Source: Planctomycetota bacterium
GTDB taxonomy: Bacteria; Planctomycetota; UBA11346
Direction: 5' to 3'
Length of the DNA stretch: 45,935 bases
Assembly (NCBI GenBank): GCA_038231435.1
Contig: JBBRLJ010000041.1
Coordinates: forward strand, 1-45,935
The notes below the pieces were generated by a model. It was not told where the DNA came from and ran no database searches. It saw nothing but the letters and a program-made list of their open reading frames with translations. How positions within the stretch are numbered: position 1 is the stretch's first letter; the number at the start of each line of letters is the position of its first letter. This document shows positions 36,955-45,935 of the stretch, one piece after another. Both the position numbers and the translations under genes were made by a program.

Positions 36955-37731
36955 ATGCCGCGCGCCGCCACCTTGCTGTCCATCGCCATCCTCGCCTTGT
37001 TCTTCGCGAGCTGCGGCAAGAAGGCCGAGAAGCTCGGCGTGGATGTCGCCATCACCGGCACGCCCACGCTCACGCCCACGGCTCCGACCAGCGACGACAC
37101 CATCACCGTGCAGTTCTCGATCGGCAACATCGGCACCAAATCCGTCGGGCCGGTCGCCTGGACAGCGTACTTCGAGGATGATCCGATCGCGACCGGCACC
37201 ACCGCGGCGATCGATCCCGGGATGTCCGTGACCGGTTCGTTCACCTTGGGGAACGTCCAGAGCGGCAGCCACAACATCACCGTGTTGGCGGATTCGGATG
37301 GCGCTCTCCGCGAGGACAACGAGGCCAACAACGCCTTCACCTTCGTGCTGCCGATCATCTTCGCGGCGCCTAGGCTCGATCTCGATTTCAATCCCACCAC
37401 CTTGACGGTGACCCCGAGCTCGCCGATGAGCTCCAATGCCACCATCACCTTCGGCATCCGCAACACCTCGGCCGGCAGCGTCGCCGCCAACAACGTCCAC
37501 TGGCACATCTTCGATGGCAGCGTCGAGATCGGCTCGAACACCATCGCCAGCATCCCCGGCAACACCACCGCCGCGCAGTCGTTCAACCTGGTCGGTACCC
37601 CAGGCGGCACGCCAGGGTTCCATTCGATCACCGTGGTCGTGGATCCGAGTTCGGCGATCCACGAGACCGACGAGGGCAACAACACCACCCCGCCGCTCAC
37701 CTTCAACACCGCGTTCGGCTTCGCAGGCTGA
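36955..37731 (+). CDS. Lipoprotein with two CARDB (Ig-like) domains
   Basis: AGGAG RBS and lipobox FFASC. Two repeats ending ADSDGALREDNEANN and VDPSSAIHETDEGNN. Confidence 0.8.
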   Translation: MPRAATLLSIAILALFFASCGKKAEKLGVDVAITGTPTLTPTAPTSDDTITVQFSIGNIGTKSVGPVAWTAYFEDDPIATGTTAAIDPGMSVTGSFTLGNVQSGSHNITVLADSDGALREDNEANNAFTFVLPIIFAAPRLDLDFNPTTLTVTPSSPMSSNATITFGIRNTSAGSVAANNVHWHIFDGSVEIGSNTIASIPGNTTAAQSFNLVGTPGGTPGFHSITVVVDPSSAIHETDEGNNTTPPLTFNTAFGFAG

Positions 37732-38017
37732 GTCCGGCCGCCCAGGCCACGCCTTCGCCACTCGCTTCGAACCGTGCAACTGTGCCTAGGCGCCGGCGAA
37801 TGCAGGGCTGTCGCGCTGGACGCCGGCACACCGCTCGTTCGAACGGAGCCATGGATTTTTCCCGCGGATTCGCTCACTCGCACGAATCCACACGCCCGTA
37901 CAGAGGGCTCATCCGGGATCCCGGGACGCGCGTCCCCGATCCCGAGTCACCCACCTAAGTGCAATGGCGATGTGGCGTTGCCGATGAGGTGCGCATGGGG
38001 TATCCTTCCTTCGACCC

Positions 38018-41000
38018 ATGGCCACTTCGCAGGACCAGTTGATCGCCGGCCGGTACGACCTCATCCGAGAGATCGGCCGCGGCGTCACCGGCCACGTGTT
38101 CATCGCTTGGGATCGGCACCTCGAACGCGAGGTAGCGGTCAAGGTGCTCGACAAGCAGGTCGCCGAAGAGCCGGAGATCATCGCGCGCTTCGATCTCGAG
38201 ATCCGCTACACCTCGCGATTGAACCATCCCGGCATCGTCAGCGTCTTCGAGGCCGCCGAGACGCCCGACGGCACGCTCTGCTACGTGATGTCGCTCGCGC
38301 GCGGCATGGGCCTCGACCGGCGTCTCGACCAGCTGCGCGCCGTCGGCGACCACTGGCGCGAGATGTCGCTGATCGATCGCCTGACGCTGTTCCTCAAGCT
38401 GCTCGAGGTCATGTCCTACGCCCACAGCCAGGGCATCGTGCACCGCGATCTCAAGCCTGCCAACATCATGGTCGGCAATTTCGGCGAGGTCTGGGTGCTC
38501 GACTGGGGTTTGGCGCGCAGCCTGCGCGAGGAGCCGGCGCGCCTAGAGGAAGCCTACGACGAGATCTTCGACGAGCCCAAGATGGGCATCGAGAAGGCCA
38601 CCGTGATCATGGGCGGCGATGGCAAGCCGATCGGCTCGAAGAAAGTTCCAGACGCGGATGAGGCCAGCCTGGCGGCCGACGACGACACGCCGACCGGCGC
38701 CACCAGGCGCTCGACTTCGGCGCGCCTGACCGCGGTCACCAACCGCGGCCAGCGCAACCTCACCCAGCGCTCGTCCGGGCGCATGCGCGCCGCCGCCATC
38801 CCCGAAACCCCGGGAAATACCCAGAAACTGGCGCGCAGCACGCAGTACGGCCAGATCCTCGGCTCGCCCGCGTACATGTCGCCCGAGCAGGCGCGCGGTC
38901 ACGCCAACGAGGCCGACCAGCGTACCGACATCTATTCGCTCGGCGTGATCCTGGTCGAGTTGCTGACCCTGCACACGCCGTGCGAAGTGAAGAGCCACGA
39001 GAAGCTCAGTGAACTCTTGCAGCGCGTGCGTGATGGCCAACGCCAATCGATCAGCGACTACTGGCCCGAGGTGCCACAGGCACTGAAGGTGATCTCGGAA
39101 TGGTCGCTCGCACATGATCCGCAGGACCGCTACCCCGACTGCGAAGTGTTCTCGCAGGAACTGCGCACCCTGCTGTCGCAGCTGTCGGCGTCGTACAGCG
39201 AGCTCGAACGCCAGCGCCTGGCGAAGGAGCGCGAGGCGTCGTGGCTGCCGGTCGGGCTGTGGGATTTCGGCGCCTCGACCGATCTGGGGCCATTCTCGCT
39301 GCCCTCCACCGCCATGCGCGCCGAGCAGGTGGGCCAGGTCCATCATCCCGAGCTCGGCGGCATGCTGCTCGGGGGCTACGGCATGCAGCTGTATCCGCTC
39401 GCCGCGCGCGTAGGCGACGACGTACGCGTCACCATCACCGTCGACCTGATCAAGGGCGAGGAATTCTGGATCTTCGTGCGCGGCGTCCCGCCTGCGCAGG
39501 CCTATCAGTTCCGGTTCGGCGCCTATCAAGGCAAGTGGCTGTCGATCTGCCGAGGCGAGGGCGATGAGGGCTCGATCGCGCCCGGCTTCCTCACCATGCG
39601 TCCGCTGCGCGACCGCGAGACCACCACCAAGGAACTCAAGGAGACCCAGCACGGCAGCCAGACCAAGCGCCTGGTGATCGAGGCCGTCGGCTCGCGGCTG
39701 GTCTTCACCGTCGACGACCAGGAGCCGCTGGTGGTGCGTGACGTCCATCCTCTCGGCGCGCCGCTCGGGCCGCACGTGGCGGTGGCGACCTGGAAATCGC
39801 AGGTGCTGGTGCGGCAGCTGATGATCGAACGGCGGCGCAGTCCGCTGATGGTCGCTTCGTTCGCGATCGGCAACGAGCTCCTGCGCCAGGGCCTGCACCA
39901 GCAGGCGGTGGATTTCTACCGCGCCTTCCTCGAGGAACACAAAGAGGCCAGCGAGGCTGTCGAGGCCAGCTTCATGCTGTGCATGGCCCTGGTGCAGTCC
40001 GGGCAGGCCAAGGATGCCGAGCGCGAGATCCGCCAGTTCCTCTCAACGCACATCGAGCATCCGCTCGCGCAGGACGCGATGTTCGAGCTCGCCTGCCTGC
40101 ACCTGCAGAGCCCGCAGGGCGGCATCCGCCGTGCTGTCCAGGAGATCCTCTCGTACCAGGAATCCGGCGACTTCGTGCGCACGCGCTTCTGCCTGTGGCT
40201 GATGCCGTTCCTGAACCAGGATGTGGACCAGCGTGGCATCTCGAGCGAGCTGGAGCACGACCTCAAGATGCTGCGCTCGCTGATCCGCGGCTCGCCCGAC
40301 GAGGCGACGCTGCTCTCGACGCTGTCCGCGTCGCTCGCGACTTCGCTGCGCTTCTTCCTCAACCGCTTGGTCGACGCCAACGATGCTGCGGGCCTCTTGC
40401 AGTCGCGTGAGGCGATCGAGCGTTGCAAAGCGATGGGCTACAAGATCACCATCCGCGAGCAGCGCCTGCTCTCGGATTACGTATCGCTCGCCAGCCGCCT
40501 GGAGACGATCAACGATCCCGCCGAGACGGTGCTGTGCATCGGTCGCGGCGACGACAATCCCAACGCGCTGTTCGACTTCGTGCGCGATTTCCTCTCGCTG
40601 GTCAATCTCGGCTGCACCGAGCAGCTGCTCGGCGCCCTGCAAGGCGATGACCTGACTCCGGTAGAGCATCTGCTGCGCGCGGGCCTGCACCTGCGCTACG
40701 GGCAGACCGAACAGGCGAACGTCGATCTGCAGTGGTGCTTCCGGCTCACCGACGTGCTCGAGACCGAGCGCACCTCGCTGGTGATCCTGCTCGCCGCGCG
40801 CCTCGGATGCTTCGGTCTCGGCTACCTGCCGTGGGAGCTGGTCGAGGACGGCCTCAAGCCGATCGGCGACACCTTCCAGGGCAAATGCCTGGAGGCCATC
40901 GCCGCCTGGATGGCCGAGAGCCTGGGCCACACCGACATCGCCGCGAAGATGTACCGCTCGCTACTCGCTCCCGGATCCGGCCTGGTGCTGGTCGGCAAGC

Positions 41001-41029
41001 AGGGGCTCGAGCGCCTCGGCGCCGCCTGA
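38018..41029 (+). CDS. Large Ser/Thr protein kinase with C-terminal beta-sandwich-like and TPR-like regions
   Basis: IGRGVTG, VAVK, HRDLKPAN, DWG, GSPAYMSPEQ, DIYSLG. Helical TPR-like C-terminal part. Confidence 0.9.
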   Translation: MATSQDQLIAGRYDLIREIGRGVTGHVFIAWDRHLEREVAVKVLDKQVAEEPEIIARFDLEIRYTSRLNHPGIVSVFEAAETPDGTLCYVMSLARGMGLDRRLDQLRAVGDHWREMSLIDRLTLFLKLLEVMSYAHSQGIVHRDLKPANIMVGNFGEVWVLDWGLARSLREEPARLEEAYDEIFDEPKMGIEKATVIMGGDGKPIGSKKVPDADEASLAADDDTPTGATRRSTSARLTAVTNRGQRNLTQRSSGRMRAAAIPETPGNTQKLARSTQYGQILGSPAYMSPEQARGHANEADQRTDIYSLGVILVELLTLHTPCEVKSHEKLSELLQRVRDGQRQSISDYWPEVPQALKVISEWSLAHDPQDRYPDCEVFSQELRTLLSQLSASYSELERQRLAKEREASWLPVGLWDFGASTDLGPFSLPSTAMRAEQVGQVHHPELGGMLLGGYGMQLYPLAARVGDDVRVTITVDLIKGEEFWIFVRGVPPAQAYQFRFGAYQGKWLSICRGEGDEGSIAPGFLTMRPLRDRETTTKELKETQHGSQTKRLVIEAVGSRLVFTVDDQEPLVVRDVHPLGAPLGPHVAVATWKSQVLVRQLMIERRRSPLMVASFAIGNELLRQGLHQQAVDFYRAFLEEHKEASEAVEASFMLCMALVQSGQAKDAEREIRQFLSTHIEHPLAQDAMFELACLHLQSPQGGIRRAVQEILSYQESGDFVRTRFCLWLMPFLNQDVDQRGISSELEHDLKMLRSLIRGSPDEATLLSTLSASLATSLRFFLNRLVDANDAAGLLQSREAIERCKAMGYKITIREQRLLSDYVSLASRLETINDPAETVLCIGRGDDNPNALFDFVRDFLSLVNLGCTEQLLGALQGDDLTPVEHLLRAGLHLRYGQTEQANVDLQWCFRLTDVLETERTSLVILLAARLGCFGLGYLPWELVEDGLKPIGDTFQGKCLEAIAAWMAESLGHTDIAAKMYRSLLAPGSGLVLVGKQGLERLGAA

Positions 41030-41161
41030 GATTCCCCAGCTAGACGAATGCATCCCGGCGCATGTGCCGCCTGACCGCGCGGCGTCCCGGGGAGGTAGAC
41101 AGGTCGGCGCGTTTTGCATTGAGGGGATCGCTCCCGTGACGACGATCATCAGGGAGCACCA

Positions 41162-42193
41162 GTGAATCCCTATATCGCCGACATCCTTGCCCAGCCCTCC
41201 GTCGTGCGCGACACCATCGCGGGCCTCGGCTCCGGAGACGTGCAGCGCGGAGTCCGCGAACTCGCCTCTGGTTTCCGCACCGGACAGTATTCGCGCCTGG
41301 TTCTCACCGGCATGGGCGCGTCCAACGCCGCGTTGAACTATCTGCTGTTCAGGCTGACGCCGCACGGCTTCTGCCCACTGATGGTCGACACCAGCGAACT
41401 GCTCTACGACGCCGCCTCGGTGGTGAACGACGCCACCGTGCTGGTCATCGTCTCGCAATCGGGGCAGAGCGCCGAGATCGTGAAGCTGCTGTCGATGGTC
41501 GGAAGAATCCCGATCATCGCGATCACCAACACCGCCGACAGCCCCTTGGGCAAGGCCGCGCGCTTCACCTACCTCACCCGCGCTGGCTCCGAGCACTCGG
41601 TGCCGTGCAAGACCTACCTCGCAACCTTGGCGGCGATGGTCGCCTTCGCCGACGATTTCACCGCTCGCCCGAGCGCTGCCGACTTCGCCGCCCTCGACAA
41701 GATCGCAACCGCCATGAGCGCTTACCTCGAAGGGTGGGAGGCGAAAGCCCACGAGCTCGCCGACCGCCTCGGCGGAGCGAAGAGTCTGGTGGTGTGCGGG
41801 CGAGGCTATTCATTGTGCTCGGTGCATTGTGGCGCCCAGGCGATGCGCGAGGCCGCCAAGATCCACGCCGAGGGCCTGAGCGCGGCGCAGTTCCGTCATG
41901 GGCACATGGAGATGATCGCCAGCGGCGCCGCGGTGCTCATCTACCGCGGCGGCGAATCGACCGCGGCCCTTCAGGACAAACTCGCCGACGACATCCGCGC
42001 CAAGGGCGGCACAGTGGTGATGATTGCCAACCAGGGCGCCCAAGGCGCCGCGCTGGTGCCCTATACCGACATGCAGACCATGCCGTTTCTCGAAATCCTG
42101 CCCGCGCAACTGGCGAGCGCAGGCCTGGCGTGGAAGCAGGGATTCGAACCGGGCGTGTTCACCGCGCACCAGAAGGTATCGACGATCGAGTGA
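41162..42193 (+). CDS. Double-SIS domain sugar-phosphate isomerase/deaminase (GlmS C-terminal/FrlB/AgaS-like)
   Basis: GGGAG RBS and GTG start. TGMGAS, SQSGQS.E, ITNTADS.L, GRG, E...AQFRHGH. No glutaminase domain. Confidence 0.85.
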   Translation: MNPYIADILAQPSVVRDTIAGLGSGDVQRGVRELASGFRTGQYSRLVLTGMGASNAALNYLLFRLTPHGFCPLMVDTSELLYDAASVVNDATVLVIVSQSGQSAEIVKLLSMVGRIPIIAITNTADSPLGKAARFTYLTRAGSEHSVPCKTYLATLAAMVAFADDFTARPSAADFAALDKIATAMSAYLEGWEAKAHELADRLGGAKSLVVCGRGYSLCSVHCGAQAMREAAKIHAEGLSAAQFRHGHMEMIASGAAVLIYRGGESTAALQDKLADDIRAKGGTVVMIANQGAQGAALVPYTDMQTMPFLEILPAQLASAGLAWKQGFEPGVFTAHQKVSTIE

Positions 42194-42268
42194 CGGGTCC
42201 GCTTGCGCCCATGGCTGTCAGAGCGTTCAGGCGCTCGCCATCGTCTCATCCCCATCACTTCCTCCCCA

Positions 42269-43798
42269 TCACCCCATCGGCCGGTCGAGCACCCGATAGC
42301 CGATCGCTTCGCTGACATCCTCGAGCCCGACGTCGTCGCGGGCGTCGAGATCGGCGATGGTGCGCGCCACCTTCAATATGCGATCGTAGGCGCGCGCGCT
42401 GAGTCCGAGCTGATCCACCGCCTGTCGCAGCAGGGCGAGGCCCTCGTCCTGCGCGCGCAGATGGTGCTTGAGCCCGCGTGGCTCGAGCGCCGCGTTGGAG
42501 CAGCCCTGGCGCGCGAGCATGCGGCCGCGCGCATCGGCCACGCGCGAGCGCGCCTGCGCGGACGTCTCGCCCGAACCCGCTGCCGACAGCAGCTCCGGTT
42601 TCTGCGCGGGCACCTCGATGTGCAGGTCGATGCGGTCGAGGAGCGGCCCGGAGATGCGGCTGCGGTAGCGGTGCACCGCGTCGCGCCCGTCGATGCAGCG
42701 GCGCGACGGATGACCGAGGTATCCGCACGGGCAGGGATTCATCGCCGCCACCAGCATGGTGCGGCTGGGGAAGCGCAGGCGTCCGCCGCCGCGCGAGATG
42801 GTGAGGTGTCCGTCCTCGAGCGGCTGACGCAGCGTCTCGAGCACCGTGCGGCTGAACTCCGGCAGCTCGTCGAGGAACAGCACGCCATGGTGGGCGAGAC
42901 TGACGTCACCCGGGCGCGGAACCGAGCCGCCGCCGATCAGGCCGACGGTGGAGACGTTGTGGTGCGGTGAGCGGAACGGACGCGCACGCATCAGCCCTTC
43001 GCCAGGCGGCAGCATGCCGGTGACCGAGTGCACGCGCGTGACCTCGAGTGCCTCTTCGAGCGTCAACTCGGGCATCAGCCCGGGAAGCCGCCGCGCGAGC
43101 ATGGTCTTTCCCGAGCCGGGAGGACCCATCATGAGCAGGTTGTGCCCACCGGCCGCGGCGAGGATCAGCGCGCGCTTGGCGTGCTCCTGGCCGTGGACCT
43201 CGCAGAGGTCGGGGCCGACGTGGCATTCGATGGGGCGGGGGCGATAGGCGACGACCGGAGCGGTCGATAGACCGGCCTTCAGGTGCAGGCACAGGTCGGC
43301 GAACGTGGTGGGCGCGTGCACGATGATGCCTGAGACGACCGCCGCTTCCTGGGCGTTACCGGGCGCCACCACCACGCGCTTGAGTCCGGCTTCGCGCGCG
43401 GCCAGCGCGCAAGCGAGCGCGCCGCGCACCGGACGCAGCGCCCCGTCGAGACCGAGTTCGCCGAGGAAGGCGGTGTCCGCTGGCGGAGGCGGCAGGCCGT
43501 TAGCCTCGATGGTGGTGGCCAGGCCCAGCGCGATCGCGAGGTCGAAGGCTGGGCCTTCCTTGCGCCGATCGGCGGGAGCGAGATTGATCACCAGGTGGTC
43601 CGCTGGACGGTGCGACATGCCACTGTTGAAGAGCGCCGGGGTGACGCGGTCTATGGATTCGCGCACCGCCGCATCCGGCAGGCCGACGACGGTGGTGCGG
43701 CCGACGCCGTTGGTGGGCTCGGCGCGGCTGATCTCGACCTGGACCAGGTAGCCTTCGACGCCTTCGACGGCGGCAGCGAGGAGTTGGGCGAGTTGCAT
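42269..43798 (-). CDS. comM: YifB/ComM Mg-chelatase-like AAA+ ATPase
   Basis: VGLPDAAVRES, INLAPADRRKEG, GPPGSGKTMLA, RPFRSPHH, LFLDELPEF, AAMNPCPCG, SGPLLDRID, VARTIADL. Confidence 0.95.
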   Translation of the reverse strand: MQLAQLLAAAVEGVEGYLVQVEISRAEPTNGVGRTTVVGLPDAAVRESIDRVTPALFNSGMSHRPADHLVINLAPADRRKEGPAFDLAIALGLATTIEANGLPPPPADTAFLGELGLDGALRPVRGALACALAAREAGLKRVVVAPGNAQEAAVVSGIIVHAPTTFADLCLHLKAGLSTAPVVAYRPRPIECHVGPDLCEVHGQEHAKRALILAAAGGHNLLMMGPPGSGKTMLARRLPGLMPELTLEEALEVTRVHSVTGMLPPGEGLMRARPFRSPHHNVSTVGLIGGGSVPRPGDVSLAHHGVLFLDELPEFSRTVLETLRQPLEDGHLTISRGGGRLRFPSRTMLVAAMNPCPCGYLGHPSRRCIDGRDAVHRYRSRISGPLLDRIDLHIEVPAQKPELLSAAGSGETSAQARSRVADARGRMLARQGCSNAALEPRGLKHHLRAQDEGLALLRQAVDQLGLSARAYDRILKVARTIADLDARDDVGLEDVSEAIGYRVLDRPMG

Positions 43799-43818
43799 CG
43801 ATTCTAACGTAACTAATG

Positions 43819-43830
43819 AAACATATGTTC
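43819..43830 (-). promoter_or_regulatory. SOS (LexA)-box-like palindrome GAAC-ATAT-GTTT upstream of comM
   Basis: Lies in an AT-rich island 20 nt upstream of the comM ATG and matches GAAC-RNRY-GTTY. Confidence 0.55.
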
Positions 43831-44060
43831 CAAATGAAAACCTCGGGGGTCTTGATTCGCGAGTCAGGCGCGCACCATGCCCGAGCTCATGCGCAGCCCC
43901 GCCATCCATCAACGGCTCGGCCGACTTATCGAGGGGCGCCTGGCCTCCCGCTGAGGGAGTCCACGGTTCCCCGTGCGCCGCGGGTCGAGCGTCCGCTCCC
44001 CGCCTCCCGAACACCTCTTCCACTTCGCCGCGGCACCGCCGACCGGCAGCAGGATCGATC

Positions 44061-45659
44061 ATGAGCCCCAAGCCCGCATCCCCGTCAACCACCACCACGA
44101 CCGATCCCGATCGGGTCGTGATCTTCGATACCACGCTGCGCGATGGCGAGCAATCGCCCGGCGCGTCGATGAACCTCGGCGAGAAGCTGGAGATCGCGCG
44201 TACCCTCGAGGCCCTGGGTGTCGATGTCATCGAGGCCGGATTCCCCATCGCCAGCCCGGATGATTTCGCCGCTGTCCAGGCCATCGCCCGCCAAGCCACC
44301 CGCGCCCGGGTCTGCGGCCTGGCGCGCAGCCTCAAGGGCGACATCGACCGCGCCGCTGAGGCGGTGAAGCCCGCCGGCGCGCGTGCGCGCGTGCACGTGT
44401 TCCTGGCGACCAGCGCCATCCATCGCCAGTTCAAGTTCAACAAGGCGAAGCCCGAGATCGTCAAGCAGGCGCGCGAGGCGGTGGCGCACGCACGCTCGCT
44501 GACCGACGACATCGAATTCTCCCCCGAGGACGCATCGCGCACCGAGCCCGAGTTCCTGGCCGAGGTGGTCGAGGCGGTGATCGGAGCAGGCGCCCGCACG
44601 GTCAACATCCCCGACACCCTCGGCTACGCCTACCCGAACGACTACGCGGATCTGATCACCTATCTGCGCAAGCACGTGCGCGGCATCGACGACGTGGTGA
44701 TCAGCGTGCATTGCCACAACGACCTTGGGCTGGCGGTCGCGAACTCGCTGGCCGCGGTGCGCGCCGGCGCGCGGCAGATCGAGTGCACCATCAACGGCAT
44801 CGGCGAACGCGCAGGCAATTGCGCGCTCGAGGAGGTGGTGATGGCGATGCGCGTGCGCAAGGACCAGTTCAAGGGCATCAGCACCGGCATCATCAGCGAG
44901 CACCTGTACGGCGCCTCGCGTCTCGTCCAGTCGATCACCGGGCTGCCGCTGCAACGCAACAAGGCGATCGTCGGCGACAACGCCTTCGCGCACGAGAGCG
45001 GTATCCACCAGGACGGGATGATCAAGAATCCCGAGAATTACGAGATCATCACCCCGCAGTCGGTGGGCGTGCCGGGCACCACGCTGGTCCTGGGCAAGCA
45101 CTCCGGGCGCGCGGCGCTGGGCAAGCGCCTCAATGAACTGGGCCTGCCCATCCAGGAGAGCGACATCGGCAAGCTGTTCGACGCCTTCAAGGCGTTGGCC
45201 GACCGCAAGAAGGAGATCTACGATGGCGATCTCATCGCCCTGGTGGAAGAGGTGATCCGCGGTTCGGTGGTCAGCGCCTGGAAGCTGGACTATCTGCACG
45301 CGTCGTCCTCGTCCGGCGAAGGCGCCGGCACCTCCGCGCTCGCCACCGCCACGGTGAAGCTGACCAAGGATGGCAAGACGGTCACCGACGCCGCCACCGG
45401 CGATGGTCCGGTCGACGCGGTGGTGAAGGCGCTCAACCGCATCTGCTCGGTCGACGGCGTGGTCGAGGACTACCGCCTGCGCGCGGTGACCAAGGGCGGC
45501 GACGCCCTGGGCGAGGTCTCGATCCGCGCCAACGTCGGTGGCGTGGTGATCGGCGGCAAGGGCCTCTCGACCGACATCGTGCACGCCAGCGCGATGGCGT
45601 ATCTCGACGCCATCAACCGCGCCGGCATCCAGGTGAAGAAGGTCGACTACCATGCTTGA
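44061..45659 (+). CDS. leuA: 2-isopropylmalate synthase
   Basis: IFDTTLRDGEQSPG, EAGFP, EFSPEDASRT, HCHNDLGLAVAN, GIGERAGN, AHESGIHQDG, GDGPVDA regulatory domain. Confidence 0.97.
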   Translation: MSPKPASPSTTTTTDPDRVVIFDTTLRDGEQSPGASMNLGEKLEIARTLEALGVDVIEAGFPIASPDDFAAVQAIARQATRARVCGLARSLKGDIDRAAEAVKPAGARARVHVFLATSAIHRQFKFNKAKPEIVKQAREAVAHARSLTDDIEFSPEDASRTEPEFLAEVVEAVIGAGARTVNIPDTLGYAYPNDYADLITYLRKHVRGIDDVVISVHCHNDLGLAVANSLAAVRAGARQIECTINGIGERAGNCALEEVVMAMRVRKDQFKGISTGIISEHLYGASRLVQSITGLPLQRNKAIVGDNAFAHESGIHQDGMIKNPENYEIITPQSVGVPGTTLVLGKHSGRAALGKRLNELGLPIQESDIGKLFDAFKALADRKKEIYDGDLIALVEEVIRGSVVSAWKLDYLHASSSSGEGAGTSALATATVKLTKDGKTVTDAATGDGPVDAVVKALNRICSVDGVVEDYRLRAVTKGGDALGEVSIRANVGGVVIGGKGLSTDIVHASAMAYLDAINRAGIQVKKVDYHA

Positions 45660-45667
45660 GTTTTTCA

Positions 45668-45885
45668 GGGGCTTTGCCCCTACGGCCTGACGGCCTACCC
45701 CCCGGGCTTTGTCGGGGCTCGATGTCTTCGCTGCGCTACGACATCGTCGGCGGATGGGCTTCGCCCATTGTATCCGCCGACCGCCCCTCGGCGCCCGCCC
45801 CGTCGCGGAGCGACGGGGGCCCCCGCCCATATGGCGCGTTACCGCCCCGCCCCCGAGTCCAGGTCTGCCGGTACAAAGGGCGTAG
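45668..45885. repeat. Structured intergenic element, copy B (collinear with 22359-22537)
   Basis: Same order of motifs as copy A: GGGGCTYTGCCCC, C-run, CTTTGTCG, 27-nt hairpin, 7-bp stem + ATGGGCTTYGCCCAT + TKTAT, CTCGGCG, GTACAA. Confidence 0.7.
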
Positions 45886-45935
45886 ACCAACAAGCAGATA
45901 TTTTTGGCGCGCCGCGGGCCAAAATAAAGAAGAAC

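Noticed and set aside
43799..44617. Apparent N-terminal extension of ComM in the 782-aa ORF
   Set aside because: It overlaps leuA on the opposite strand. ComM family similarity begins at MQLAQLLAAAVEG (43798).

Overview
GC-rich bacterial chromosome window, most likely PVC superphylum/Planctomycetota. That assignment is inferred from the short helix IV of the 5S rRNA, stand-alone coaC, DWG-type Ser/Thr kinases and QxxDGxW-repeat proteins. The window opens in the 3' part of a 5S rRNA gene with its terminator. About 35 CDSs follow: housekeeping genes (tmk, uppP, metK, waaA, coaC, prfC, ybeY, comM/yifB, leuA, an M16C peptidase), two Ser/Thr kinases and a PP2C phosphatase, two divergent AraC/PhyH-dioxygenase modules (one AraC broken by an in-frame TAA), carbohydrate enzymes (GT4, GH5-like, GH43, SIS) and a CusCBA-type heavy-metal RND efflux operon led by a Cys/His/Pro-rich small ORF. 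No CRISPR array, tRNA, transposase or integrase was seen. The most unusual signal is a pair of ~180-220 nt intergenic elements (22359-22537 and 45668-45885). They share a collinear multi-hairpin architecture with fully compensatory stem changes and short invariant motifs, suggesting an unannotated structured RNA or ssDNA element family. Other notable non-coding signals are a GAAC-N4-GTTY SOS-like box upstream of comM and a palindromic operator-like element upstream of metK. All product calls come from motif recognition by eye, not database searches.
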